Source: Octopus sinensis (Eukaryota). From it: a DNA stretch of 64,000 nt. The notes under the pieces are model-generated. The model was not told the DNA's origin. It was given only the letters and a program-made list of their open reading frames with translations, and did no database searches. Shown in pieces: positions 23,652 to 36,680 of the stretch (position 1 is the first letter of the stretch; the number at the start of each line of letters is the position of its first letter). The position numbers were made by a program, and so were the translations under genes. The stretch lies in NCBI RefSeq assembly GCF_006345805.1, contig NC_043015.1:28892001-28956000 (forward strand), written 5' to 3'.

Positions 23652-24739
23652 TTAACCCTTTCGTTACTATATTTCTGACCAAATTACACCCCTTATGTGT
23701 TTCAATTAATTTCTAACATAATCATAAATTTAGTCTGGTTTCATTAAACAACTATAACTTTTTTATTTATTGATATATTAATCTGATTTTTGGAAGATAA
23801 TTTAATGAAATATTCTCAACCAATTCTATACTATAATTTTTGTCACAAAGTGACTCTAATTGCAGGTAGATACAGGTAAATTCCACAAAATATAAAATTA
23901 TTAAAATTTTGTTCAAACATCGCTATAGAAAATGGGTTATTAGCTAATATTCAATTGGGTATACAACAAAATTTTACGATAGAATTTGTTATTCTGGGTA
24001 ACTTTCTGATACCCATAATAATATTTATGGCAAAATAGTCTTAATTTCATTTAAGGTTGTGGGAGACCACAAACTATCGTTTCTTTCGCTTTGTTTACGT
24101 TTAGCGTAACGGTTCGTTTCTGCCGTAATGATTTCAAATAGGCTCATTCGAAAAAGTAAAAAGAAATAGTCTAAGGCTTTACCCTTCTGGGAAAGTCTGT
24201 GGCTTGGTCCAGTTTCTTCAGAAAAATCACCGAAAGAAACAGTTTTTAAATTTTCACTCCATTCAGGTGCCAATTCATTTTATCGCTGTCGGAGATCTCA
24301 GATTCACTGTTTTCACTTTCGGAAAATGAAACATCAGATTCATTATCAAATACCACATGCTTTTTTTTTCAGTCATAGAGTTAGATTTATCAAGGTCTTC
24401 AGTAGAAAATCCTTTGAATTCTGACTCGCTGCTTGATATAATGAAATTCGTATCCATTTTTTGTCAGAATTACAAATTTTGAAAACACAATAGGAACAAA
24501 TTTCGGAAAAAAATCTCCCAAAATTCACGGAATTAAAATTACACTTCGATTATTGTACAAAACTGTAGTTGAACTGTTTACGAAGTATAATACGTGTTTT
24601 CACGAATGTACTGAAGAGATTTGCTCTGATATTCTCATTTAAATATGAATAGGTAAATTCGGGCGGCTTTGGGCGGTTTGGTCTCATAAACCAAAATTTT
24701 TTGGGGCGGCTTTGGGCAGTTTGGTAACGAAAGGGTTAA
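23652..24739 (-). mobile_element. piggyBac deletion derivative with a transposase N-terminal relic
   Basis: TTAA TSD, CCCTTTCGTTAC TIRs shared with MITE family A, subterminal GGGCGGCTTTGGGC repeats. Minus-strand frames 24457-24025 give an acidic N-terminus and ALDYFFLLF..LFEIITAETNRYA...WSPTTLNEIK, typical of piggyBac (PGBD) transposases. Confidence 0.85.
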
Positions 24740-25081
24740 AGAAATTGGTATAGATATTTTGATATTCATGTATGTTTTACTTCAGCAATTAATAAACAAC
24801 TATTCACCCCCCCCCCTCTTTTTAGCTTATTATTTGGTAGTTTGTTAAATAATATGCTTAACTTAACAAAAAGAAAGAAAGAAAGAAACAGTAGAGAACC
24901 CAACAGTATCCATTTTAAGACCTGATTCCTGACCTAAAAATATAGAATAGAGATGATTGTTGGCAAAAAGTAATTTTCAAATATGAAATTTTGTATCTTA
25001 GTTGGGGGGTCATTTTGACAAAAAGAAACAAATACACCTGGATTCTATTTGATTTCTTTTTATCCTCATTTGTCAGTTATG

Positions 25082-25440
25082 AGGTGGCAAGCTGGCAGAA
25101 TCGTTAGCATGTCAGTCAAAATGCTTAGTTGCATTTTGTCAATCTCTATATTCCGAGTTCAAATTCCACTGAGGTTGACTTTGCCTTTCATCCTTTTGGG
25201 GTTGATGAAAAAGAAGTACCAGTGAAGCACTGGGGTCAATGTGATTGACTAGCACCCTTCCCCCAAAATTTCGGGCCTTATGGCACTGGTAGAATCATTA
25301 GCACATTGGGAAAAAAAATCCTTAGTGGTATTTCTTTCAGTTCTTTACATTCTGAGTTCAAATCCTACCAAGGTCAACTCTGGCTTTTATCCTTTCAGTG
25401 TCCCTAAAATTGCTGGCCTTGTGCCAGAAGTTCTAGGAAT
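25082..25440 (+). mobile_element. Two diverged S2-type SINE copies
   Basis: GGTGGCAAGCTGGCAGAATCGTTAGC head and central GGGGTTGAT..AAGTACCAG block. Confidence 0.7.
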
Positions 25441-25788
25441 TATTATTGGTGAATAAACTAATTAACCAATTAATTGTTTGATCCTCATCAGTAACATGAC
25501 CTAATTACTCCAGGTCCTGTCTTATCTCCAACATAAATGGCAGTGAAAGAACTGTAACAAATGGGGCTGATTTGATTAATCAAGTCTACTGGTTGACGAG
25601 TTGACTAATAATAAAAACAAGTGAAATATAACCAGTGTGTGTACTTGTGTGTTTATTGACAAAAATGGATTCTCCAAACAGCTGTTTCAACACAGGATTT
25701 TACAACACATCAAGAATTTTGCGAAATGAATATAAAACCAAAACCAAAAATATTAAATCTTGGATCTTGGATTTTTAAAAACCTTAAC

Positions 25789-26672
25789 ATAACCCTTTAG
25801 TGTTCAGATTATTCTATGAAACATAATGCTTATTGATTCCCATTGATTTGAATTAATCATGCATTATCTCATGTCTTCAAGATCTTGATGGTGTAATTAC
25901 TTAATGTAGAATAACATTGTAGGGTAGGTGTGAGAGCCTGGATCTGGTCAGTTTGAACATAAAACAGATTAAATATTTTGGCCGAATATGGCCGGTTTAA
26001 ATACTAAAGGGTTAAACATTCAGATTATTTTATCAAATGTAATGCTTATTTCTACACATTGTCTTGAATTAATAATCACACATTATCTTGTAGCTTTGGG
26101 ATATTGACAATGTGATTGCTTATCTTTAGAAGTTTGATGTAGGATAGGTGTGAGAGGCTGGATCTGGCTGGTTTGAATGTATAACAGGTAGAATATTTGA
26201 GCTTAGATATGGCCAGTTTAATCCTTAAGCATTCAGATTACTCTGTCTAATGTAATGCTTGTTTATTCACATTGTTTTGAATTAATCATGCATTATTGTA
26301 TAGCTTTTGAGATTTTAATATGATTGTTTATTTTTAGAATGACATTGTAGGGTAGGTGTGAGATGCTGGATCTGACCAGTTTGAACATAAAAGAGAGGCA
26401 GAACATTTTGGCTGAATATATGGCCGGTTTAAATACAAAAGAGTTAACCCTTTCATTACTGTATTTATTTTGGGATGTTATGTATTTCTCTCAATTATTT
26501 TAGATATAACGAAGAATTTTGTAAAATAATTTAGTCATCATTAAGCTGGTGTTAGGAACAGTTATTATGACTAAGGTTTGGTGGAAGATTTTAATTCACA
26601 ACTTATGAAAACAAGACATTTGTACTACAGAGCCAGAGCCCGTTTTGGCCGGGTTGGTATCAAAAGGGTTAA
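25789..26672 (+). mobile_element. Array of four piggyBac MITEs (three family B, one family A)
   Basis: Units at about 25789-26015, 26016-26221, 26218-26447 and 26444-26672; adjacent units abut at or share TTAA. Confidence 0.8.
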
Positions 26673-26804
26673 AGAGAAAGGGAAGATAAAAATCAGACTT
26701 TTCTTTTCATTTTTTGATTTGTAAATTTAGACAACTTTAGTTGATCTTGTCTGGTATTTTTCTTTTCCTTTCTATTATTATTTTTTTTTTATTTCCATGC
26801 CTAG

Positions 26805-27364
26805 GTTGCCGGTATGGCTGTATCTGTCACTTGTGTTGGATTTCAGAGAATAATGAAGAATTAACTAAGCCTTGTGCAATTTCTACTAAGGCCTGTGATA
26901 AAGAATATTGCCGTTTAGGTTGCATCTGTGATAACAATGAAAATACAAAGTTGAAAGTAGACTGTGCGAAACCTTGTTGTGAGTTGACGACCTGTTGCTG
27001 TGATTCCCCCACTAAGAACTTGCCAACCGAGTCCAAGAAATCAAGCCCCCCTAAAAATTTAGATTGCAACAAGAATGAAACTGCTAAGAGTCCGTTGACG
27101 TCACCTGCATCTAACGAGTGTGTCGATGAGAATTCTTGCTCTTCTGTGCAAGACAAAGACAAGCTAACTTCTGCTGACAATACACCGTCGAACAAAGAGG
27201 ATACCAGTTCCAACAAAAGCAAACTTCCCAAGAAGGACAAATATGCTTCGCTCCCCAGACGGCAAATGACTCATCGAACAGCCAAGAATTTAGATGCTAT
27301 CAGCAGAAAAGCGATGATGTTTTATGAAACGAGTGAAATGTATCATTTGAAAAAAAAGAGGAAT
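26805..27364 (+). CDS. MGA: MGA-like exon encoding the Cys-rich MGA conserved (DUF4801-type) domain
   Basis: atttccatgcctag acceptor, AAT|gttagt donor, phase 1 to 0; GCRYGCICHLC...CDKEYCRLGCIC matches the CRLGCVC signature of MGA proteins. Confidence 0.9.
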
Positions 27365-28264
27365 GTTAGTATCTTCCTGAATTTCTTTCCATCTATTCTT
27401 CCGATTTCCTCTGTTGGAATTTGAAACACTTAAAGGGGTTATTGTTAAGTTTACTAGGGTTGAGCTAAACAATTCATTTGTAACTATTTCACTTTGTATC
27501 ACCATGTCTTTCACACCATTCCTTTTAGAAATCTGAAAAATTTGTGTCACCGTCTTTATCATCATTGTTTTAACATCCACTCATCCATGCTTGTATGGGT
27601 AGGACAACTACCAAACCGTATCCTATAACAGTTATCAATGTGCTAATTAATGTTAACTAATTAGCCTTTTAGTTTGGGTCATTCACCCCTTAGAGTTTGC
27701 TGTTTTAAGCTTTAGAACTTTAAAAACATGATTGCTAATTGAAAAATGCTATATTGAGTGCCAATACATTTGGTCTCTTTTTGACATATTTATATCGTAT
27801 GACATCATTATAATAGATCAACATCATTCATAATTTAGCTTTCAAATCAGAGGGGTTTGAGCCCTGTGGTCTTCAAAAATGACTTAATGTTACTTTGCTA
27901 AGGAAATCTTGGCACTTTTATAAAGAATACATGGCTTCCATTCCTCCTCTGTCTTTCAGGAGGACACATTTAAGCTCTTGAATAGTGCATCCTATGTCTT
28001 TTCGCATTCTCTACCCTGTTTACCATGACATGGTTTCCACAGAAAAATATCACCTCCTAGCACCTCTTTGATAGGCACTAACCAATAAATCTCAGTCTCT
28101 GTGATACATGAGATGTCTTTGGTATGGCTTTTTGATAGTCATGTGTTTATGGTAAATATAAATAAAACGAAATTATATTGAAGACTGTCTCATCACATAC
28201 ATTGAATGTATAAACATTGATTTTAAGAGAATATTTACCCTTCACATTAATTAATTACATACTA

Positions 28265-28615
28265 TCGCCGTGGTGATCTCATTCTCGCTCACAACATCAT
28301 AAGCGGAAAGAGTAACCTCTCGAAAGAGCTGTTTTTCACTCCTGCTCCAGAGCATCGGCTGCGGGGTCACTCCGAAAAGCTCTATCTGCAACGATTTCAT
28401 CTCAATCGAAGGAGAGGGGCTTTCTCCGTCCAGGTTGCGGATCCGTGGAATAAGCTGCCGGACGAGATAGTGAAGATGCCGACAACCGCTCGGTTCAAAG
28501 TCTCTCTTGACCAGAAATGGCCTGAACTCGTTGCATGAACACCCTCCCTGTACATAACTCCATGTCCCCCTACATGGCCTTGCTCTTTGCTTTTTGAGCC
28601 AAAAAATTAACTTAT
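28265..28615 (+). mobile_element. CR1/L2-clade LINE 3' fragment
   Basis: Same family as 6941-7308, opposite orientation. Confidence 0.85.
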
Positions 28616-29242
28616 TTAATGACCAGAGGTAGAGAATGAAGGCAATGGGAGTTACTTTTGCCATTCACAAATTATATTTGCTGTGTTAAGTGAAATGGCA
28701 ATGACAACATCAAACCAAGATCATGCAATCAATTTGTGAGGAAATCACCACGTTTGTTTAGTGAATGAAGCATTATTAGATATCTTGAATAAAACGAGTG
28801 TTAATATACTGGATAAAGCATCAGATATGGTATTGGATATATTGGATATGATATGAAATATAGTATTGCTAAATATGTTGCATAGAGAATCTTAGAAATA
28901 TATTGGATATCTCAGCTCTAAATAATATATAAGATAAAGTATTATATCATCAGAAACATTTAGAATTCTCATTCAACTTTAAATCTGCTGAACTTAGAAG
29001 TCTTTTATCATTGGTATTTATCTTGGCACTTTACATTTTTGAATCTATCTACAACGTACACTGTACATTATCTTTCTCTAGTCTTCACTGACATGTTATC
29101 TTCTTTTTTAAATGCATGAAATAATTGTCAATTGGTATACATGAATTTGTATGCTAGCATGGTATTTTGAGAGTTAGGAGTTATATTCATTAGGCATTAG
29201 GACTGTTTTATACACACGTACATATATATATATATATACATA

Positions 29243-29411
29243 AAGCACCCACTACACTCACGGAGTGGTTGGCGTTAGGAAGGGCATCCAGCCGTAGAAA
29301 CACTGCCAGATTTGACTGGGCCTGATGAAGCCTTCTGGCTTCACAGACCCCAGTAGAACCGTCCAACCCATGCTAGCATGGAAAACGGACGCTAAACGAC
29401 GATGATGATGA

Positions 29412-29415
<4 letters not shown>
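29243..29415 (+). mobile_element. R3 fragment between (TA)n tracts
   Basis: Family body and (GAT)n tail. Confidence 0.7.
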
Positions 29416-29455
<40 letters not shown>

Positions 29456-29879
29456 ACACAAAGCAGTGTTGAATAAAATATATGCTCGTACAATGATATT
29501 TATTTACCTCGTTTGTGTACATTCAAAAGTGGGAAGAAACCTCGTGTCCCATAAATAGTTGCCGGACAAATTTCTCCTCTTAGAAAACTGTGTGTACATA
29601 CATCGAGGTTGTCTATGGGGAGAAATTCCTTTTAAGACTAGAGACTATTTTCTCGGTGAAAGGTCTTCCCACATTAGAATGTACATGAATGTATAAAATA
29701 TCACTGTATTTGTGCACACGCACACTTTATTTGTGGCTTAAGGCTATCATTGTTTTTATGGTAAGGAAGCCCTTAACAATTATCATACCTATGGTGGGAC
29801 GACCTGCTGTGTTTGAGGAGAACTATTGAGTCAAGTACATCAACATCAAAATAAAAATTAAATGGAAATTGTAGTTGTG

Positions 29880-30205
29880 ATACCTGTGTCAGTGGCGCGT
29901 AAAAAGCACCATCCGAACATATCTGATGCCAGCACCGCCTTGGCTGGCTTCTGTGTTGATGGCACATAAATAGCACCATCTGATCGTGGCCGTTGCCAGC
30001 CTCCTTTGGCCCCTGTGCCAGTGGCACATAGAAAGCACCCACTACACTCACGGAGTGTTTGGCGTTAGGAAGGGCATCCAGCTGTAGAAACAATGCCAGA
30101 TAAGACTGGAGCCTGGTGCAGCTTCCTGGCTTCTCAGACCCCGATTGAACTGTCCAACCCATGCTAGCATGGAAAACGGACATTACACAATGATAATGAT
30201 AATGA
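29880..30205 (+). mobile_element. R3 element
   Basis: Tandem modules and family body. Confidence 0.7.
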
Positions 30206-30905
30206 TGATCACATTGAACATCAGTGTTTGTCTTCATTTTTTATTAACACACCAAGACTTGATAATTGTTAAGGGCTTTCATAACATGAAACCAATGGTA
30301 GCCTTAATCAACAAATCTTTATCCACCAATGCTGTGTTGAGCACTCATTCTTATTGTTCAGTATATATATATGTATATAGTGTGTTTGTGTGTATGTATA
30401 TAAAGCACAGTAATCTCAATCATGTAGCCTCTTCTGCTCAAATCTTTTAAGCACTTGTTCTTAACTACGATGTAATAGCTTGTGATGATTCAACTTTGAG
30501 TAAAATAAAAGTGGCAACCGTAATTTGTGTTGCATTACAAACATGTTTTTACTTTTCTTGTGAATAACAGTTTACACTTTTAAACGGCAGTAATATTAAT
30601 TTGTCCACTGGTTTACTCTTAAGAGATCCAATAAGTCAGCAACTAGCTGTGCTCATGCACATTATCGTACTAAAGTTGGAAGTGGCTGATGAGACTTCCA
30701 AAAGGTTGGAACAGCTAGCGTGCCAACAATATCTTACAGGGATTGTTATAATTGTAGCTTACTGTGCTTTATGTATATGTGTGCTTGCTAATGTGTTGAT
30801 TGACAAATAGTTTATGCAATTTTCAGAAAGTCCTTAAAGTTCTTTTCCCCTCATCTCAAACTTCTTTTTTCTTTTCTTTTTTTTTCTTTTGGTTTCTGAA
30901 ACCAG

Positions 30906-30983
30906 CAATCTTCATTGCGCTCACATGTTGCTGGATCCAGGAGAAAGTTTTCTTGTAGGAGCACAAAGTCAGTGCGAGGCAAG
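30906..30983 (+). CDS. MGA: MGA-like exon (QSSLRSHVAGSRRKFSCRSTKSVRGK)
   Basis: Long pyrimidine tract plus ccag acceptor, AAG|gtaatg donor, 78 nt open, phase 0 to 0. Confidence 0.75.
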
Positions 30984-31416
30984 GTAATGGAACGGTTAAT
31001 TTACATAGATACAATAGCTGTGTTTACTGAGGGGTAACAACACAAACGTTTTTTCTTTTTTGCCATCTCCCTATCATATAAAGAAAACTTAGTTTAAAAT
31101 ACTGTTATAGCAAATCACAGAGTTTACAACATACATCACATCCAATGTTTAAGCAGTTTTGTATACCAGAACAACATAATAATCTTCAAAACAACAAGAA
31201 CAATTTTACAAACACTTTCATGTGCCCCATTTTTAATCACTAATATAACGATGTAATTTAATTTAGAAATAATCATAAGCCCATAATAACATCTTGTTCT
31301 CAAAATGAATTTCAACAGCCTGAGTTAAAGCAGTTTTGTTTCTCTAAGCTGGTGGTTCTCAGTCAGTGTTCATATGGCCTTTCGGGGCCCATATAAGATT
31401 TTGTTGTTAAAATTTA

Positions 31417-31777
31417 TCTCTATATATATAGACGGCAAAATGTCTGTCTGTGTGTGTGTGTCCTTTATACAAATCCACAATTTTTCAGTTAGAGGGCTCG
31501 CACTTTCTATGGTCATTCAAAACCGTCCAAGGATGGTCGTGCACATCTTTACATTTCCCCAGTCACCCTGCAAAGCCATTAAAAAATCAATGGAAGTGAC
31601 TTTTTTTGGTGAATTTTCTATCCAAAACCCAATCAAAATGCCCAAAACTTGATACGCCAATTGAATGCCAGCTAGCTGTATGTGATTGGTCGGAGATTTG
31701 GACAGTACTCGCGTGTATGTGCGCACGCAGCTGTATATGCATGCACTAGCACTATGACCTGGTGGTGCTGGCATTAG
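31417..31777 (+). mobile_element. Second non-autonomous Helitron-like copy, 3' end rearranged
   Basis: High identity to 12916-13260; right arm of the terminal hairpin and CTAG are missing. Confidence 0.7.
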
Positions 31778-33157
31778 CCATGTTCGGATGGTACTACAAT
31801 GTTTCAAATACTACAATGTTTCAATCAGTTTTGATCTCTTGGTCATTACTAGGTGCCTTATTTCTGGATGTGTACAAAGTGAATTGGTGAAGTCATTCAA
31901 GTGTCCAATAGAATTCCTGGCTCTACTTTCTTTTCCTAACCCTGACACTCTAAGTTCAACTCTCACCGAGGTCAGGCTTGCCTTTCGTCTTTTTTTGAGG
32001 ATTAAAAAAAAAAAAAAAGTACCTGTTTAGGGCAAGGGATTGGCAGAACTTCAAGAATGTTGGATGGGACTCCTTGGGGTACCTGTCCTGGCTCTTGACA
32101 TTCTGTGTTCAGATCCCACTATGACCTGTTTTGGTGGTAGACTCAATCCATCACCTGGTAAAGAACATGCACTAGGCTCAGTGGATTAGGATGCTTAAAT
32201 CCAGCTTAAGACTATGTATATATGACCCAGTAAGACACCTGGTGATGATTGAAAAGCAAACCAGTTGAAATGTAGCGTAGATATAAATATCGTAATAAGA
32301 TTTTTGGGTGAGAGTTTTATGAAATCCACATAGATTAATTTACTGTAGGTCGATACAAATGAAACAATTCATATATCTGCTTGTGTGTGTGTGTGTGTGT
32401 GTTTGTGCGTTTCTGTATAATTTTAAGAGTTTGCATATATGTGTGAATATGAATGTGTATAATTTGCATATATGTGCAAATATGGATATTATAATATTTG
32501 GATGCCAGTTTTACAAACAAAATGAAGAATACTGAATATGTCAAGTAAAGATTATTATCACCAACACCAACATTTTCCATTTCTTGAAATTTTTGTGTCA
32601 AAGAGTCTTTAAAAAAATTCTTTAACATCCAGCTGGGTTCATTGTTTATAGGAGAAGCATTTTGTGTGTATGTATGTATATGAACTAGTCAGAGTTTAGC
32701 TTGCATCCTGATATACAGTATGTATATGAATCCCACTTAGTGCCTTGAGAAAGGTAATAGAGGACAAAATCAAACTTCTGTGGTGTAATCCACCCTTGAA
32801 TCATTGTATGACAAGAAGGCTCTCAGTGCAGAGTAAAGGTTGCTTGCTTTTATTTGTATCACTTAACGTATGTTTGTATGTACATATTACTACTCTGCTG
32901 TTTGGGGTAGGGGTATGGTTCTCCCCAGCTATATATTTTTTATTCAGCGTGTATGAACAGGGGTTGTAGTTCTCTTTATATATATCTGTTCAGAGTGTAT
33001 GATTGTGGGTGAATGTCCCCTGTTTCTATATCTTTATTCAGGGAATATATGCTTGCTTGTAAACAAGGAATAACAAATGATATCATTAATTTCATGAAGC
33101 ATTATTTTTCATCGTTTGACAATTCTATATTGGTAACTTTTCCACTTCTTGCTTCAG

Positions 33158-33207
33158 GCTTCTGGCAGTGAGAAGGAGAATTCCAAATCTTCAACACCAT
33201 TTAAACG
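33158..33207 (+). CDS. MGA: MGA-like exon (ASGSEKENSKSSTPFK)
   Basis: ttcttgcttcag acceptor, CG|gtatac donor, phase 0 to 2; supplies the phase needed by 34913. Confidence 0.65.
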
Positions 33208-34912
33208 GTATACCAATTATTTATCCTCCCAACTGCAAATACTTGTCACTTGTTCTGATAACCTTTCTACAGTAACGAAGCTACTGACGATGTTGTACCG
33301 CAACGTCAGTTAATTAGCTCATTCAATATATTTCAATCGTGGGTTTTTGTTGCAACTGTGTCTTGAGTTGCTTCAGAATTCACATTGGCTTTTTTTTTTT
33401 GATATGGCATCAATTAATTTCTGTTGTTGAAGGGTTTCTGAAATTGATTTGGTTTCTAATCTACCCTTAACGAGAGAAACACGACGACACTTAGCGTTAG
33501 AGAAAGTCTCTTCTGGTGTTAGATGGTGAGGCAAAGCCTTTTACATACAGACTTAAAAACATTGAAAGTTTCTGTATATAAGACATTCCTGTTTTTATAA
33601 GATGGCCAGCTTGCTGATTTTGAAACAACATAGATCGTTCAGAAGGCTTTCATCCATGGCCAGGTTCTTTTGTAGATATCCTTTTCAAAAACGTACCTAT
33701 TTTAAAAATAAATGCTAAAAAGTTTGTTGAAGTAGATTTAACTGCTTCATTTATCAGATCAAGTGACTACATAGACTCTTGTTAACTTGAACCTCTTATC
33801 CTTAGAAGCTCACAAAGAAATTTGTTTTCTGAACCAGTTTTGTTTTCAAATACCTAAACTTGAATCTAATGTCTTATTTTGATGGGTATTGTGATAAAAA
33901 AGAGCAAAGCAAGACCGTCTTTGCTTACTTTAATTATTTCAGTAGATCACAGACATTGCCGAAATGCCTTCCATTCTGCAGAGAATAAATCTACAGCCTG
34001 AGATGGCTGGAAGCAATATTTGTCAAATGGTGTTGTCACTATTCTATGTTGCTCTTCATAAAAAATAAATTTAGTTGACTATTATCAGAAATGACTAAAT
34101 TTTCCTTTCCACTGACTTTTATGCTTTGAGGGTAGGGGGACAAGTGTAGTGACTCGATACCCAGGTTTTTTTAGTTTTTTTTTTGGCCACTGTCCCCCCC
34201 TTCCCCGCCGTCCAACATACAACTGGTACACTATCCCAGTTGGATGTACAGTGAACTCTTCTGACAAGACTTCAACTCATCACCATCATCATCATTGACC
34301 ATATCATTGTGACCATCACCATCACCATTTCATTTATTGTTTGTTTTTCCATGCTTACATGGCTTAGATAAGGTTTGCCTGGTCACAACTGCCATCGTAG
34401 CAACCATTCCGAGCCATGGTGACATTTTGTGAGTGAGCCAGTGCTTGTGTAACTGACAACCTTCTACAAACACCAACCACAGAATGTGAAGACTTCACAC
34501 CGTAAACTAGTAAGTTCAGTATTATAATACCACTCAGCTACCTTTTTTTTTTTTCCTCATTTTAAACTTTATTTTCTGTTAACGATGTGTGTTGGTTTGT
34601 TTTTGTTTTTTTCTCTAAGGTTTAGTGTCAGCTAAGAACAATGGTGAGTGTGTGATGGGATGTGAGCTGTGCTCTTCATAGCTTCTAGACAGTTCTCTAA
34701 GTGTCAGTGCCTGATGGAATGTAAGACCGTCACTGTTGTGGTTATTTTGTGATGAGATATAAAGCACTATGTCACAGATACCTACTGTACTGGTCTGCAG
34801 TGGTCAATATAGAATGGTATGGCTACTTTATTGTTGGTTATTTCTTAAAAAATCTGTTGCACTCTAAACATACCTATATATATATTTCCTATTTGTTTGT
34901 TTCTGTTCTTAG

Positions 34913-35132
34913 AACATATTCTCTTCGAGGAAGCAGCAACAGACATCTGAGTACTGAAAATAGTGAGAAATCAAGTGAGCACTCTGGCCACACATCAGAT
35001 CCTTATGCATACCCTGGCCAGAGTATAGAAAACTGTGTTGTTGAAATTGACCAAGTTAATGGTAACAAGCACTGCAAGCAGTTTGGTGTTGTGACAAGGA
35101 AAATGGTACCCAAGGAAGACACAGAAAACTAT
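34913..35132 (+). CDS. MGA: MGA-like exon (TYSLRGSS...EDTENY)
   Basis: ttctgttcttag acceptor, TAT|gtacgt donor, phase 2 to 0. Confidence 0.8.
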
Positions 35133-35558
35133 GTACGTCCTCTGTTCACGTTTTGTTTCACATCTCTAAGTTCAGTAAAATAACAGCCAACTAAAATGCC
35201 TCAGTGTGGTTGCTTGACAATCACCAAAAAGGCATTCTTTGTGATGGCAAGAAAGAACAAGATTTCCAAGAAAAAAAAATCAGTTGATTTTTCCCTCAAG
35301 TCACGTATTAACATTTTCTCATGTATACAGAACCTCCCATAGGCAGCCAGTCTTAAACTCCCATTTTTAGTCTGAAGGACTATATTAACCCTTCAGCATT
35401 TAAACTAAATTTAAGCTAATACAGTGTTTATATGGTAATAAGAAATGCTTCTAATCAGGTTGATATTCTGCCCAATTTTCTTAGAGAATTAACTAAATTC
35501 AAATCATTGACAACCACCAGAATTTTATGTATTAAAAAATTCTTTTTTATGGTTTTAG

Positions 35559-35867
35559 AATGTTGGGAATAAAGAATTACAGCAAAATGCTAAGGAAACA
35601 AGCATAGCCAAAAGATTGCGTATGGCCAGTAGAAAGCCCGTTTATCACAAAAGTTGGTCTCTAAGATCGAAACAAGTAAAACTGCTGGACACACGTAGCC
35701 AGTCAATGAGACAGAGTGACCGAGAAATGAAGGAAGGAGCCTACGTTACTCAGTCTGGCTGGCTGCTGAGGTCAAAGGAGAGATTGGCAAAGGCAGTGAA
35801 GAAAGAACCAGTACAAGAAATACCTGTTAGAAGGTGCCATACTCGATTGTCCGAAGCAGGAAATGAG
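35559..35867 (+). CDS. MGA: MGA-like exon (NVGNKELQQ...SEAGNE)
   Basis: ggttttag acceptor, GAG|gtaatt donor, 103 open codons. Confidence 0.85.
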
Positions 35868-36454
35868 GTAATTTAATTTTATATATATGTGTCACATCTT
35901 ACACATTTTAATTAAGTAGTAGTAGCTTATCTATTTTGTAGTTATATATCAATATGTTCATTATTTTGTACTTTTGCTTTCTCCATGCTGGCGTGAACCA
36001 GGTGAGAGTACCTAAGTCAGTATGGCCTGTGCTCTTTTCTTCTTTTTCTCTTTCTTTCACTGGTTTTTGTGTAGGCATCTAGCCTAGTGGTTAAGGTGTT
36101 GCGTTCTTGATCGCCTGAATTGTGGCTGAGTTCCTGGACTGGGCAGCGTTGTTGTGTCCTTGTGTCCTTGAGCAAAACACTTGATGTTGCTCTAGTGCTG
36201 TGTGGGAACCGGCATGCTAAAGAATAGACCCAGTGTTTCTTTTGTGTGTCATGAAAGGTGACTAAAAGAGGTTGCGGTAAGATTTGCGCTCTGACCTCAT
36301 AACACCCTTACCAGCAACAGCCTACCCTACCCAAAAGAGACCCATGGGTTTGGAAGGTTGTCACCTAAGTGGTGCAAAGGTGTCACCTGCTGGGAGTAGT
36401 AGGTAATTACCAACAAATGCTGGATGCAGTGACATGCTGTTACAACACATACCT

Positions 36455-36680
36455 ATTTCTTTACTGCCCACAAGAGGTTAAACACGGAGAGGACAAACAA
36501 GGAAAGACAAACGGATTAAGTCGATTACATCGACCCTAGTGCGTAACTGGTACTTAATCTATCGACCCTGAAAGGATGAAAGGCAAAGTTGACCTCGGTG
36601 GAATTTGAACTCAGAATGTAACGGCAGACGAAATACGGCTACGCATTTCGCCTGGCGTGCTAACGTCTCTGCCAGCTCGC
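36455..36680 (-). mobile_element. S2 SINE
   Basis: Reverse complement of the 9389 copy. Confidence 0.8.

Noticed and set aside
33380-34080. Possible decayed coding sequence in an MGA intron
   Set aside because: Short open stretches only; no identifiable family.
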